The notes under the pieces are model-generated. The model did not search any database, had not been told where the DNA came from, and saw only the letters and a list, made by a program, of their open reading frames with translations. This document shows positions 1 through 9,289 of a DNA stretch of 64,000 nt, in pieces. A program made the position numbers and the translations under genes. Source of the stretch: a virus (Duplodnaviria; Caudoviricetes); IMG/VR virus record IMGVR_UViG_3300026549_000051, positions 47,103 through 111,102 of that record, one strand, 5' to 3'. Each line of letters starts with the position of its first letter. Positions within the stretch are counted from its first letter, which is position 1.

Positions 1-381
1 GCGGATATGGTTCTCAAGCACCTGCTTGCCATTACCGTAGCCACCGTTAGAACGGTTAAGTGTTTCCTCGAGGTTGCGGGAGTCAATGCCAGCAGCCTGT
101 TCTACCACCTTACGCACCATCCAGTCGGTCGAGTCGATAACTAGCGTATCGAACTGACGCTCCTTCGCATGGTACAAGTCGGCGAGGTCTTCGTAGAACT
201 TCTTTAAGTCTTGGTATTGCTTGGTGCGTTTGACGCCAAGGTAATTCAAGCCTCCCTCGAAGTCCATAAACAATGGATTCTTGAGCTTCGATGCCAGCGT
301 AGATTTGCCTACGCCGCTGAGACCATAGATCATTACCTTTGGTGCGGTCAATGTGACACCTTCAATAATGTCTAAACTCAT
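1..381 (-). CDS. Sak4-like / AAA_24 ATPase (phage recombinase), copy A, truncated by the window edge
   Basis: Translated by hand: MSLDIIEGVTLTAPKVMIYGLSGVGKST (Walker A)...TLVIDS (Walker B)...NRSNGGYGNGKQVLENHIR; clearly homologous to 56337-57050. Confidence 0.85.
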   Translation of the reverse strand, partial: MSLDIIEGVTLTAPKVMIYGLSGVGKSTLASKLKNPLFMDFEGGLNYLGVKRTKQYQDLKKFYEDLADLYHAKERQFDTLVIDSTDWMVRKVVEQAAGIDSRNLEETLNRSNGGYGNGKQVLENHIR

Positions 382-668
382 CCGAGTCCTTTCCAAATTG
401 TATTGTTATTATTTATAGTTTCCCCCTACCTTCATTTTACCATACATATTCGACCATGTGTATGGAGCAGATGGGCAATGGAACCAAGAACTTTTTGACA
501 AAAAGTTTATCAACTCACGAGGTACAAATGTGAATTTTTTGATGAAAAGTCTATGCGTAAAAGTGAAGGTAATACAACAAAGATTGTAAAAATACGCTAC
601 CCATCTGCCTCTAGTTTGTGAAGAACCACCACGCTCTTTAACGCCTGACATGGCACGAAGGCATTTGT

Positions 669-1037
669 TTAGTGGAAGAAGCCTTTTGGCTTCGTATTGT
701 CCGCGATAAGCGAGACCTTCTCGAGAATCTTGTTCAAGACCTCGATGACGATTTCAGCCTGAGCTTCCGTGAAATTGATTTCAAGTGGCGTGGTTACAGA
801 CTCGCTAATTGCCTCTGCAATTCTCTCCCCCTCGGTTTTACTAGAGGTGTTCTTTTGTAGGACAAAAGTTCGATATTCATCAAGGTCTTCTGCCTTCTTA
901 ATACGCCAGAATGTTGACTGGCTAATATTCATAGCTCGCTGGATCTCTCTGCCAGATAAGCCTGTGTCAATTAGTGTTTTGACTGCATTAAAACTATGCT
1001 CGTCAATTTTGCGATATTTACGAACCTTCTTGTTCAT
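669..1037 (-). CDS. HTH DNA-binding protein
   Basis: N-terminal LIDTGLSGREIQRAMNISQSTFWRIKK fits a helix-turn-helix; SD GGAG upstream. Confidence 0.6.
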   Translation of the reverse strand: MNKKVRKYRKIDEHSFNAVKTLIDTGLSGREIQRAMNISQSTFWRIKKAEDLDEYRTFVLQKNTSSKTEGERIAEAISESVTTPLEINFTEAQAEIVIEVLNKILEKVSLIADNTKPKGFFH

Positions 1038-1101
1038 TTGTTTTCTCCAATTAAATTAATATTACATTCACTTTTGTTTGTGTTGTTTTAAACATATCAC
1101 A

Positions 1102-1761
1102 CTATTTTCCTTCAGTCAATTCCTCCTCCAATTTCTTGCACCAGTTCTTCTCCGAGAAGTCTGACTTGCCTTTTAAACAGGCGTAGATGTCATCTTCGAT
1201 AGTTCCCACCGACTTTTGTCTTTTGTAGGCGTCTCGCTTCTGCTTGAGCCTAGCATTATGGCGGCACTCATCGCTACAATATTTTGTTGTACCACTTGGG
1301 ACAAATTCTTCGCCACAGAAACTGCAACGCGGATAATCGCCAGCTTTTATACGCTTATATGTTTTGGTGTACTTATAGCCATTATTTTTAAGCGACCTCC
1401 TATTTACCTCCCTTCTCCCATTAAGTCTACACTCGCTACTGCAATATGTATTATGTTTCTCATATGGAACAAATTTTTTTCCACAGAAACAACAGTAAGC
1501 TGTTCTTTTGACATACGGTGCTCTAATAGGCTCGTTATTTGCATGCCATTTCTTATGGCACTTCACGCAAAGCCAGGAAACTTCCAGAGGTTTATTATAA
1601 TCGTTATGGTGTGCTTCCACTTTCTCAGTAGAGCCACAGCATTCACACGGCATCTTAGCCATTGTCCCAGACTTAATCGCCTTACGGACTAATGAGTGAG
1701 CCCTGTGCTCAGCCCTGAACTTCATATATTGATCATGCGTTTTCTCTTGTTCTGTCTTCAT
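1102..1761 (-). CDS. HNH endonuclease with two CxxC...YCSxxCR zinc fingers, fused to a displaced helicase C-terminus
   Basis: CECCG...EAHHNDY...WLCVKCHKKWH HNH core; last 34 aa (GTIEDDIYACLKGKSDFSEKNW...) match the helicase tails. Confidence 0.8.
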   Translation of the reverse strand: MKTEQEKTHDQYMKFRAEHRAHSLVRKAIKSGTMAKMPCECCGSTEKVEAHHNDYNKPLEVSWLCVKCHKKWHANNEPIRAPYVKRTAYCCFCGKKFVPYEKHNTYCSSECRLNGRREVNRRSLKNNGYKYTKTYKRIKAGDYPRCSFCGEEFVPSGTTKYCSDECRHNARLKQKRDAYKRQKSVGTIEDDIYACLKGKSDFSEKNWCKKLEEELTEGK

Positions 1762-2965
1762 TTTGACACCACACTTTCTCCGAAAAATCTTGCTTATTCT
1801 TTAAGCACCTCATAATATCCTTTTCTATTGTATCACAACAATAACAGTAGTAGAAGAACATCGGCTTAGTTTGCCCGATACGCTTAATGCGACCGCGTGC
1901 CTGTAATGATGTGCTATATGAGTAATTCGGCGATACCGAGCACCAGTAGTGCATGAACTGTAAGTTCAACGCTTCGCCACCACTAGCGTAGTGAGCGACC
2001 ACGATGTCATATTTGCCTATCGTATCAGGTGTAGGTATCTCATGGTGCTTACCATCAATTCGCCATATCTTCGTCCCCTTAGGCAGAGCCTTCTTGGCTA
2101 TTTCGCAAACCACCTCTTCCTCTTCAATGTAATTACAGAAGAAGACGCAGTTATCGCCCAGCCCCTCGATGAACTCCGACAGCCACTCTTGCTTCTCCTT
2201 AGTGAAGCATATCTGCCTGAGGTAATGGCACAAGCCCATCGTGGTTTCGATGAACTCGCCATCCTCTTTGGTGCGGGTCTTCATAATCTTGCGATAGTTC
2301 TTTGGGGCTTTGAACTCAACCACCTTATGTGTTTCCTTTGGCAACTCCCTGAACATCTGAGAGGCATCAGGCGTGGTAACAATGTCATCCCACATCTTCT
2401 TCAACTCATCGACCCTTACATAGTGGTCTATCTCTGGGAAGCCTCGGTATGTATGGACTATGGCATAATTATTCATAAAGTCCGTCTTGTGCTTGACCTT
2501 CCCACACACTGTAAAGTATGTAATAAAGTCTTTCCAGTCGTCCCCAGGCGTGGCTGTGTAGCCAGTCCATACTGTGCAATGGTCGCAGATACGACGGAAG
2601 CCATACCCCATACCAGTCGTATATCCCTTGCACTTCTGCACCTCATCGAACGCGAAGGCATAATTGCCGAGTCGTAATAGAGGCAACTGCAATGAATATT
2701 TATCCAGCTTGTGCCACGAGATTACCTCAAAACTTTCAAGACTGTCGAGCCATTCCTGACCGTTCCATAGCACGGCTTCCTTCTGCATATCACCTGACCT
2801 AGCCTTAGTGGCTGTTGTAACGATTACAACACGCTTCCTGCCAGTATCTCTCAGCCAGTTAAACATCACGGCAGTCTTACCTGCACCAGTTGGCAGAATG
2901 CAAATGCGACTCCCAGCGTCAAGATCGGCAACAGCCTGCTCTTGGAACTTATACAGGCTAGGCAT
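1733..2965 (-). CDS. Superfamily 2 (SNF2/DEAD-like) helicase, copy A
   Basis: Q motif LYKFQ, PTGAGKT, FDEVQ, TATP, GGEALNLQ, QARGRIKRIGQ. Confidence 0.9.
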   Translation of the reverse strand: MPSLYKFQEQAVADLDAGSRICILPTGAGKTAVMFNWLRDTGRKRVVIVTTATKARSGDMQKEAVLWNGQEWLDSLESFEVISWHKLDKYSLQLPLLRLGNYAFAFDEVQKCKGYTTGMGYGFRRICDHCTVWTGYTATPGDDWKDFITYFTVCGKVKHKTDFMNNYAIVHTYRGFPEIDHYVRVDELKKMWDDIVTTPDASQMFRELPKETHKVVEFKAPKNYRKIMKTRTKEDGEFIETTMGLCHYLRQICFTKEKQEWLSEFIEGLGDNCVFFCNYIEEEEVVCEIAKKALPKGTKIWRIDGKHHEIPTPDTIGKYDIVVAHYASGGEALNLQFMHYWCSVSPNYSYSTSLQARGRIKRIGQTKPMFFYYCYCCDTIEKDIMRCLKNKQDFSEKVWCQNEDRTRENA

Positions 2966-3284
2966 AGTATTCGCTCTTGATACGAGTTTTCTTCTCTAAG
3001 ATAGCACGGACTTCGTCTGATGTATTCGCCTGCATTACCTCAAAGATGAGTTCCTGCATGGCTTGCTCACGGCGTGCCTCGCGTCGGCGTCGGTTGCCTG
3101 ATGCATTAGAAGCAATACGCTTCTTACGAAACTCGTCATCAGTATGGTAGCGATTAGTAATGTTCTTTGTGGTCGTTTTTGTGTGTGCCTTACGGCGACA
3201 TTCTTCCGAGCAAACTTGTGGCACTCTGCCACGCTTCTTCTCCACTTCAAACTCTTTGCCACAGATTTTGCATTTAACTAACAT
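2958..3284 (-). CDS. Zinc-finger protein
   Basis: CKICGKEF...VCSEECRR, the same finger type as in the HNH ORF at 1102-1761. Confidence 0.6.
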   Translation of the reverse strand: MLVKCKICGKEFEVEKKRGRVPQVCSEECRRKAHTKTTTKNITNRYHTDDEFRKKRIASNASGNRRRREARREQAMQELIFEVMQANTSDEVRAILEKKTRIKSEYYA

Positions 3285-3739
3285 CGTCCGTTCCTTTCTG
3301 CTAGTTCATCTAGCGTATATTTTTGGTCTGATACCATATCTTGGATACACTCTTCCTCAAAGTCGGCGAGTGCATCTGCCAACCAGTCCCTCGCGTAATA
3401 TAGTATATCGCTATACTCTTCATCGGTTAGGTCAAGGTGTTGGTCTTCAATATAGTCTATGAGGTTGCCCTCACAGGCTTGCTCGCAGAGGTCTTCAAAG
3501 TTTTCAAAGTAATATTCAGTATGTCCCTCATCGTCCTCGCCAGCCCCATACTCAGCGTTGGCACGCAACCAACTGCGTAGGTTTTCCATATGTAAAGTCT
3601 TCGCATAAACCTGCTCGCCGATACGCTTGATGTCTGCTTCTTGAACAGCATTATAAAATGCTTTGTCGTACTTATGTGGCTCAGGCATGAGGTCATCAAT
3701 GCCCTCTTTAATCGCCAACAAATCTTTAATCTTGCTCAT
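3278..3739 (-). CDS. Acidic early protein (start MSKIKDL)
   Basis: N-terminus homologous to 52901-53110; SD GGAGG before ATG 3739. Confidence 0.6.
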   Translation of the reverse strand: MSKIKDLLAIKEGIDDLMPEPHKYDKAFYNAVQEADIKRIGEQVYAKTLHMENLRSWLRANAEYGAGEDDEGHTEYYFENFEDLCEQACEGNLIDYIEDQHLDLTDEEYSDILYYARDWLADALADFEEECIQDMVSDQKYTLDELAERNGRC

Positions 3740-4154
3740 CTTCGTTGTCCTCCACCTTATCAATAAACTGCTGTGCTTTGTTATAAAAATCGTCAAACAT
3801 ATCTTGGCACAACTCCAAATGTTCCTGTAAATGTTTTGGCTCGGCTGGGGCAGGGGCAGAAGATGATGATAGTGAAGCCCTAGTCATATCGAAGAGGGCT
3901 TTGTGAATATCGCCCTGTCGCTTGCCGAACTTTGCCATGTGGTTTTCAAGGCTATCGAAACTCCAATGCTCTTCGCCATCTCCCCAACCATTCTCATCTA
4001 GGGGTTCATTGCCTACCTCAATGTCGCAATGCCACTCGCCTTGCCCATCTCGGTTCTGGTCGCTCGCATAGATATAATAATGGTCATAGCGTTTAATGTC
4101 GTTTAATAGTCGGTGCAAGTCTGACACCTTCATTACAATATTCTTATCTTCCAT
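3726..4154 (-). CDS. Hypothetical early protein
   Basis: DGQGEWHCDIEVGNEP matches DGEGIWHCDVHFGNDP of 59115-59339. Confidence 0.65.
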   Translation of the reverse strand: MEDKNIVMKVSDLHRLLNDIKRYDHYYIYASDQNRDGQGEWHCDIEVGNEPLDENGWGDGEEHWSFDSLENHMAKFGKRQGDIHKALFDMTRASLSSSSAPAPAEPKHLQEHLELCQDMFDDFYNKAQQFIDKVEDNEDEQD

Positions 4155-4164
4155 GGTCTTCTCC

Positions 4165-4650
4165 TTATAGGTCAGCAGTCATCATGCAATAACCTTTTTG
4201 TTTAAGTTCGTTATAGATATTCAAGCCTAACTGAACACGGCTCGCAGCCAACTCCTTCTCGCTACTAATAGGGTACATAACTGGCTTGTCATCCCCCATG
4301 TGATAACCACATGCCTTATGCCCCATAGCGTCCTTAGTCTGTTCTTCGGTCAAGTAATACTTGGCTAAGTCTTCCCACACATAATTCCCCACATCGTCTA
4401 GTTCATACTTGCGTTCATCTTTTGGCACGCCCAGTATATCGTACTGTTTGTCTAATCGCTTCTTGATACGCTCGGCATCATAGCACTCGTAATCTACATA
4501 GCATTCGCCGTAGCCATCATCCTCTCCCTGGTCGGCATCATCTGCTGGGACTTCGTTCATCCCATAAATATCTTTGGGGTCGGTGCTTGGTTGCACGGCA
4601 AACCAAAACTTACCTTCCCTGCCTGAATTAAAATAGTAATATCTTCCCAT
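4165..4650 (-). CDS. Hypothetical early protein
   Basis: 161-aa ORF with GGAGAAAAAACTATG RBS directly after a promoter. Confidence 0.65.
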   Translation of the reverse strand: MGRYYYFNSGREGKFWFAVQPSTDPKDIYGMNEVPADDADQGEDDGYGECYVDYECYDAERIKKRLDKQYDILGVPKDERKYELDDVGNYVWEDLAKYYLTEEQTKDAMGHKACGYHMGDDKPVMYPISSEKELAASRVQLGLNIYNELKQKGYCMMTADL

Positions 4651-4692
4651 AGTTTTTTCTCCAATTAGTTTTAATAGTTCCCCTCTGATTTA

Positions 4693-4721
4693 ATACTAGC
4701 ACACTTGCTAACTATTGTCAA
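4693..4721 (-). promoter_or_regulatory. Sigma70-type early promoter
   Basis: TTGACA-17 nt-TAGTAT with TG extension. Confidence 0.75.
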
Positions 4722-4723
4722 TA

Positions 4724-4963
4724 CTATTCTTCCATCTCCTTATATAATTCATTACGCAACTCGCTCAATGCATATGGCATGTGTCCATAGTTCATGTGCA
4801 TTAGCCAAATCAACATGGCTGTTCGCATATGCTCTTCTCGTCCATCAATGATGGCTTCAATAACAGCACGCTCGCTGTGCCAGTTCTCATCGGTCAATTT
4901 ATCTAAGAATTGTTGCACGGTCATCTTATCTATTTCTGTGGCTGAGTTATTCCAGTATGCCAT
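4724..4963 (-). CDS. Hypothetical early protein
   Basis: Homologue of 60581-60826 (LTDENWHSERAVIEAIIDGRE). Confidence 0.7.
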   Translation of the reverse strand: MAYWNNSATEIDKMTVQQFLDKLTDENWHSERAVIEAIIDGREEHMRTAMLIWLMHMNYGHMPYALSELRNELYKEMEE

Positions 4964-5289
4964 TACTTATTCTCCTTTCTTAATTGCTTAACGCACTCAT
5001 AACATAAGGCACAATAATCTTCATCTTCTGCCATGATGTTATCAATTAAATCTTGGTCGTATTCAGGGTCAAGATATTCAACCCAACACAACTCTTCGCT
5101 AGGGTACAACGCCCCACACTTGTCGCAGATATTGAACTCTATCGGCATTAACACATCATCTATTGCTTCTATCGGTTCATCTCCCTCGTACTCTGCACAA
5201 CTAATCTCCAAATTGAGGTCATCAAAATAGCCTATGCTGTTGTGCCTTACTCGGCTCTGCAACTCTTCTATCTTCTCTTGTCGTGTCAT
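4963..5289 (-). CDS. Zinc-binding hypothetical protein
   Basis: CDKCG...YCALCYEC; homologue of 63240-63575. Confidence 0.7.
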   Translation of the reverse strand: MTRQEKIEELQSRVRHNSIGYFDDLNLEISCAEYEGDEPIEAIDDVLMPIEFNICDKCGALYPSEELCWVEYLDPEYDQDLIDNIMAEDEDYCALCYECVKQLRKENK

Positions 5290-5495
5290 AGTTCAATATA
5301 ATCTCCATCTTCCGTTATTACATTATGCCCTTGAAACTCCAAACGATACCACTCTTCGCCCTCTTGCCCACACTCTTTACACTTGTATGGGAAGTAGCAC
5401 ATATCGTCTGTGTATTTAATCGGTTGGTAGTCCAAACTAATCTCCCCACATCTCGGACACTCGCCTTGTCTGTTCATATAGTCTTCTTTATTCAT
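5286..5495 (-). CDS. Small zinc-ribbon protein
   Basis: CPRCG...CKECG; overlapping start/stop coupling with the downstream gene. Confidence 0.6.
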   Translation of the reverse strand: MNKEDYMNRQGECPRCGEISLDYQPIKYTDDMCYFPYKCKECGQEGEEWYRLEFQGHNVITEDGDYIEL

Positions 5496-5654
5496 CTTCT
5501 TCCTCTGCTTTCTTATTAGCGTTTAATACTATTTCCACATCTTTAATCATGTCGTTGATATCGCCATAGCGACAACTGCCACCATCATTAAAATCTTTGA
5601 TGTCATCAGCAAACCATAGCGACTGCAACTCCCAGTCAATTACTAGATATCTGC

Positions 5655-5864
5655 TCATCTTCCACTCCCATCTGTGGCTAGGTTAGCACCTGCCATCAAG
5701 TCCATCATGATATTCACATAGCGTTCTTTCTCTGCCCCCTCACTACACATAGCACAGCCATAAAAATACTTAACGGCTTCGGCTCGGTCTTCCCACTTAT
5801 CAATATGCCCATAGCATATGGTCGTGATATCTTCTTTTCCCTTGATTTCTTTTTTGCTTGACAT
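5655..5864 (-). CDS. Hypothetical early protein
   Basis: Strong SD AAGGAG, within the operon. Confidence 0.55.
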   Translation of the reverse strand: MSSKKEIKGKEDITTICYGHIDKWEDRAEAVKYFYGCAMCSEGAEKERYVNIMMDLMAGANLATDGSGR

Positions 5865-5881
5865 TTTCTTCTCCTTTCTTA

Positions 5882-6157
5882 TTAATAGTCCAGCATTACC
5901 CAGTCTAGGTCATCGTCTGTGTAGCCCCAAAAGTCCAACAACCTTTGTGCTACCTCTTCAAGTTCTAGGTCTTTGATATACTCAGATGTCATCATCTGCC
6001 CACCATCTTCTAGCACTACATCTTCCCCATCAACACCATATACTGATGTCATCATGTAGTCTTTCAAGCCTTCGGCTTCATCTTCTTTGGTCAAGTTATC
6101 GCCAGTCCCCTCAACTGCCGTAATTAACTTGTTGATATCTCTAATAAAAAGTATCAT
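5882..6157 (-). CDS. Hypothetical early protein
   Basis: EGTGDNL..EDEAEG.KDY motif; homologue of 61046-61351. Confidence 0.7.
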   Translation of the reverse strand: MILFIRDINKLITAVEGTGDNLTKEDEAEGLKDYMMTSVYGVDGEDVVLEDGGQMMTSEYIKDLELEEVAQRLLDFWGYTDDDLDWVMLDY

Positions 6158-6621
6158 TACTTTTCTCCTAACCAGTCTGCTACTGTTTTATTACCGTTGC
6201 TAATACCATCAGCATATTCTTGGGCTTTGTTCGTTCCCATCATGCCATCAAGTTCTTGTAGTTTCTTATAGGTGTTCAACTGCTCTTCGGTCATGGCTGG
6301 CTTCTCTTTCTCCTTTTCTCGTTGAATAAAGTACAAGATGTCTTCGGCGTGCATTTCACAATACGCTTCTGATAACATATACTCCTGTGCCACAGCATAC
6401 GCTTGCTTGTCGGTCAGTTTAATATCGTGGTTCTCTGCCACATACTCTACATCTTCCTTAACCCACTCCAAGTCTTCACGCTCTTTAATCTTGATATACT
6501 CTTCACGCAAATCATGGGCTAGGGCTTCAATGCTCCATGATGGGTCATCTGCTTCGCTTTCGCCAAAGTTCTTCTTAACCCACTCATACAAAAATGTCTT
6601 AAATGCTTCTTCTACATTCAT
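6157..6621 (-). CDS. Hypothetical early protein (start MNVEEAF)
   Basis: WVKKNFGESEADDPSWSI shared with 61353-61670; carries an extra C-terminal extension. Confidence 0.7.
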   Translation of the reverse strand: MNVEEAFKTFLYEWVKKNFGESEADDPSWSIEALAHDLREEYIKIKEREDLEWVKEDVEYVAENHDIKLTDKQAYAVAQEYMLSEAYCEMHAEDILYFIQREKEKEKPAMTEEQLNTYKKLQELDGMMGTNKAQEYADGISNGNKTVADWLGEK

Positions 6622-6622
6622 C

Positions 6623-6883
6623 TTAAAAGTCCTTTCCGATATATACTCGTTTAAGTAATTTACTCTTGCCGTTGCCAAACAAATTGGCTTGGCATTTTGG
6701 GCATAGCCCAGTCTTGATGAACTCACGCTCCACAGCGTTCAGTTCTCCAAACAACTCTTGAATATACCCATGCCCATGCTCATACTCATAGAGTTTTTTC
6801 ATCTGTTCTTCATCTAGTGGCAAGCCATAGTCATCACTACAACTCGGACATCGTATAATCAATTCGTCTTCGCCTACCATCAT
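6623..6883 (-). CDS. Zinc-binding hypothetical protein
   Basis: CPSC...EREFIKTGLCPKC. Confidence 0.6.
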   Translation of the reverse strand: MMVGEDELIIRCPSCSDDYGLPLDEEQMKKLYEYEHGHGYIQELFGELNAVEREFIKTGLCPKCQANLFGNGKSKLLKRVYIGKDF

Positions 6884-7098
6884 GCTTCTTCTCCAATTAA
6901 CTCAAAATCTTCATTATATAGTTCCACCCCTAATGCGTGTGCCAGCTCATTTAGCACCCACTCTTTGCCACTATTAAAATAATATTCATCTCTATACTTA
7001 CGCTTATCTCCTTTCTGCTTTTTAATCGTATCGTTCAAGGCTTCTAACTCTGCCTTGTATTTTCGGCGTATAATCTTAGCCAATTCACTCTGCTTCAT
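6880..7098 (-). CDS. Hypothetical early protein (start MKQSEL)
   Basis: Near-identical to 63035-63253. Confidence 0.75.
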   Translation of the reverse strand: MKQSELAKIIRRKYKAELEALNDTIKKQKGDKRKYRDEYYFNSGKEWVLNELAHALGVELYNEDFELIGEEA

Positions 7099-7303
7099 AA
7101 AACTCCCTTTCGCTTTTATCATTAGCCTTAATGCTTAGCACATACTCAACACCGTCAATAACTATCGCTATCTTCGGCTCACCATTATCTTGCCAGTCAT
7201 TAGCCACACACATATCTTTTGCCATGCTTGGCTCAAACTGTTCTTGCTCATCATTATCTGCTAACTTGTCGTATATCATGTCCATTAATTTATACTTGTC
7301 CAT
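7085..7303 (-). CDS. Hypothetical early protein
   Basis: First ~23 aa shared with 63568-63747. Confidence 0.65.
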   Translation of the reverse strand: MDKYKLMDMIYDKLADNDEQEQFEPSMAKDMCVANDWQDNGEPKIAIVIDGVEYVLSIKANDKSEREFYEAE

Positions 7304-7306
7304 ATC

Positions 7307-7846
7307 TTATAGCCTTTCTTCTCTTAAAATGCTTCGCAACTCATAGTGTGCCACGCCGTCCATAAGCCCATATGCTTCTTCACGCAATGCCACGATTTTG
7401 TTCGCTATCTCATCAAAATTACTCAGCACATCTTCTAACTCATTAGCAATATGCTTATAGTATTCAATACGCTTGCTAATCTCTGCTTCTATCTCATCTG
7501 GTGTCAATTCAATGCAAGGGTGTAAATACTGCCCACGATTTATTAGCCGTCCTTGCTTCTCATACTCTTTCGCTTCTTCCTTGTCAAACACAGTCTTAGT
7601 GATGTTAATGGTGTCATCAAAATAATGCCCATTGTCATCACGCTTGCACACACTAATCTCTTTTTCGCTTGCGTTGTATCTGTTATTGCGAATTGCCCCC
7701 TTAGTAAAGTTCTGTGCAAGGTTCTTGAAGTCCTTGCCGTCCTTAGTCTTATAGCGTTCAATATCTGCCCATGCTTCAATAAGCACATCACATTCATGCT
7801 TGCGTTGTTCTAGTTTTTTCTTCGCTTGTTCTGCGTAATAGTCCAT
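7307..7846 (-). CDS. Hypothetical early protein
   Basis: 179 aa, SD AAAGGA, first gene after the promoter at 7878-7906. Confidence 0.65.
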   Translation of the reverse strand: MDYYAEQAKKKLEQRKHECDVLIEAWADIERYKTKDGKDFKNLAQNFTKGAIRNNRYNASEKEISVCKRDDNGHYFDDTINITKTVFDKEEAKEYEKQGRLINRGQYLHPCIELTPDEIEAEISKRIEYYKHIANELEDVLSNFDEIANKIVALREEAYGLMDGVAHYELRSILREERL

Positions 7847-7877
7847 AATATTCCTTTCACTTTTACTTTATAATCTT

Positions 7878-7906
7878 AGTATAGCAAACTATTCTTTAAT
7901 TGTCAA
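7878..7906 (-). promoter_or_regulatory. Sigma70-type early promoter
   Basis: TTGACA-17 nt-TATACT. Confidence 0.8.
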
Positions 7907-8165
7907 TACTATTTACTCCATAAGTTATAATAAACTTTACATTTTTAATTGTGTCGGTGTCATAGCCACCACCTGCCACTAGTGCTAAATCATGCTTAAT
8001 ATAACTATCAATAGCATCCTTGCACCAAAAACTATCTGTATCTATGTGGTATATATCGCAAAACTCAAACTCGTTATTGCGTTCTGCTTCGTCAATATAT
8101 TTTAAGTCAGGGTGGTTCTTCTTTACCTTATACTTAATTACACCCTTAACATTTATAATTGCCAT
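7896..8165 (-). CDS. Hypothetical early protein
   Basis: 89-aa ORF on the early strand. Confidence 0.55.
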   Translation of the reverse strand: MAIINVKGVIKYKVKKNHPDLKYIDEAERNNEFEFCDIYHIDTDSFWCKDAIDSYIKHDLALVAGGGYDTDTIKNVKFIITYGVNSIDN

Positions 8166-8642
8166 AGTGTTTATACCCTTTTGCGATTATTAATAACATT
8201 AAAGCCGTTTATAGTTATCGCATTACCATAAACGGCTTATTGTATTATCAATTTTCACATGAAATTATTTGGCTTATGCTATACGGCGTTTCTATGTCTA
8301 TACTTTACCCATAAGCCCATTTTTCTCGTAAAATTATGGTATTAGTCGGTCATCTATTATATGCCTTAGTCTATACCCACTTAAAACGCTAGTGTTATGG
8401 CTTGCTATTGCCCACTAGTCAAATTGTCAAAATACAGGACGCATAATTCTAGTTATGCTAGCCAGCCCCTTACCCTATACACGATTACATCATTCTTTTT
8501 GATGTTGATAATAGCATCAAAAACATTGTCTGCTTACGCTATCTGTCGGGGTGCTTTGAATAATAAAATCTCAGTTGCATAATTTATAGTTGTCATGCTT
8601 AACTATGTGCGATAAATTAATTAATTAACTTATCATAATTAC

Positions 8643-8671
8643 ATTATAAGCCATATGTGCTAAAAAGTCAA
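8643..8671 (-). promoter_or_regulatory. Sigma70-type promoter in an AT-rich non-coding block
   Basis: TTGACT-17 nt-TATAAT. Confidence 0.7.
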
Positions 8672-9031
8672 GCATATTTTTAAAAAATGTTATAGTTTTT
8701 TGTTTAAGCCTTGATTAAATTACTTATGCTAATCTAAAAAACTTAATACGCTAATTTAGTTTAACGGCTTTAATGTGCTTAGATAGTTATTTATTAACTT
8801 ATCTTGATTAAATTATAGCACACTTATTCAATGTTGCATAGACTTGATTTTTAAGATTTTTGATGTTCTAATATAGACTATATGCCAAAATTAGATTAAA
8901 ACAGTAATAACACATAATATGCAATTTTGAGCCTACTTTTAAAAAAAACGGCTTTACTTACTTAATAATTTATTAATTTTGTCAAGTTTAGCATAATCAT
9001 CAATAGCAAAAGCAAAAGCATTAGCAATATA

Positions 9032-9099
9032 AACGCATGGACGCATACACACATACATGGGGAAGCCGACGCCACCTCCTCCTTTTAATCACTATCATC
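9032..9099. repeat. Dispersed ~70-bp non-coding element, copy 1
   Basis: ACGCA x2, ATACAT-purine run-AGCCG, ACCTC, then ATCACTATCATC (exact 12-mer shared with 10061-10072). Confidence 0.6.
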
Positions 9100-9255
9100 G
9101 CATTTATCCTACGGATAATTGCTTCTTAGCCTCCAGCTCTTGCTCCTCAGCCATCATAGAAGACACGAAGACGTGTTCTCTAGTTGCCTTGTGGGGTGCA
9201 GGGGGTTTTGACCATTAAAATCGCTCTGAGGGGCTCTGGTGAGCTCAGAGAGGCA

Positions 9256-9281
9256 ACAAAAAAGCCCCCTGGTTGGGGGCT
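9256..9281 (-). terminator. Intrinsic terminator
   Basis: AGCCCCC-AACCA-GGGGGCT followed by a T-tract on the minus strand. Confidence 0.75.
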
Positions 9282-9289
9282 GTTCTTGC

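Noticed and set aside
1-7300. Direct terminal repeat or circular-assembly overlap with 56.7-64 kb
   Set aside because: The two copies differ in sequence, gene content and order.
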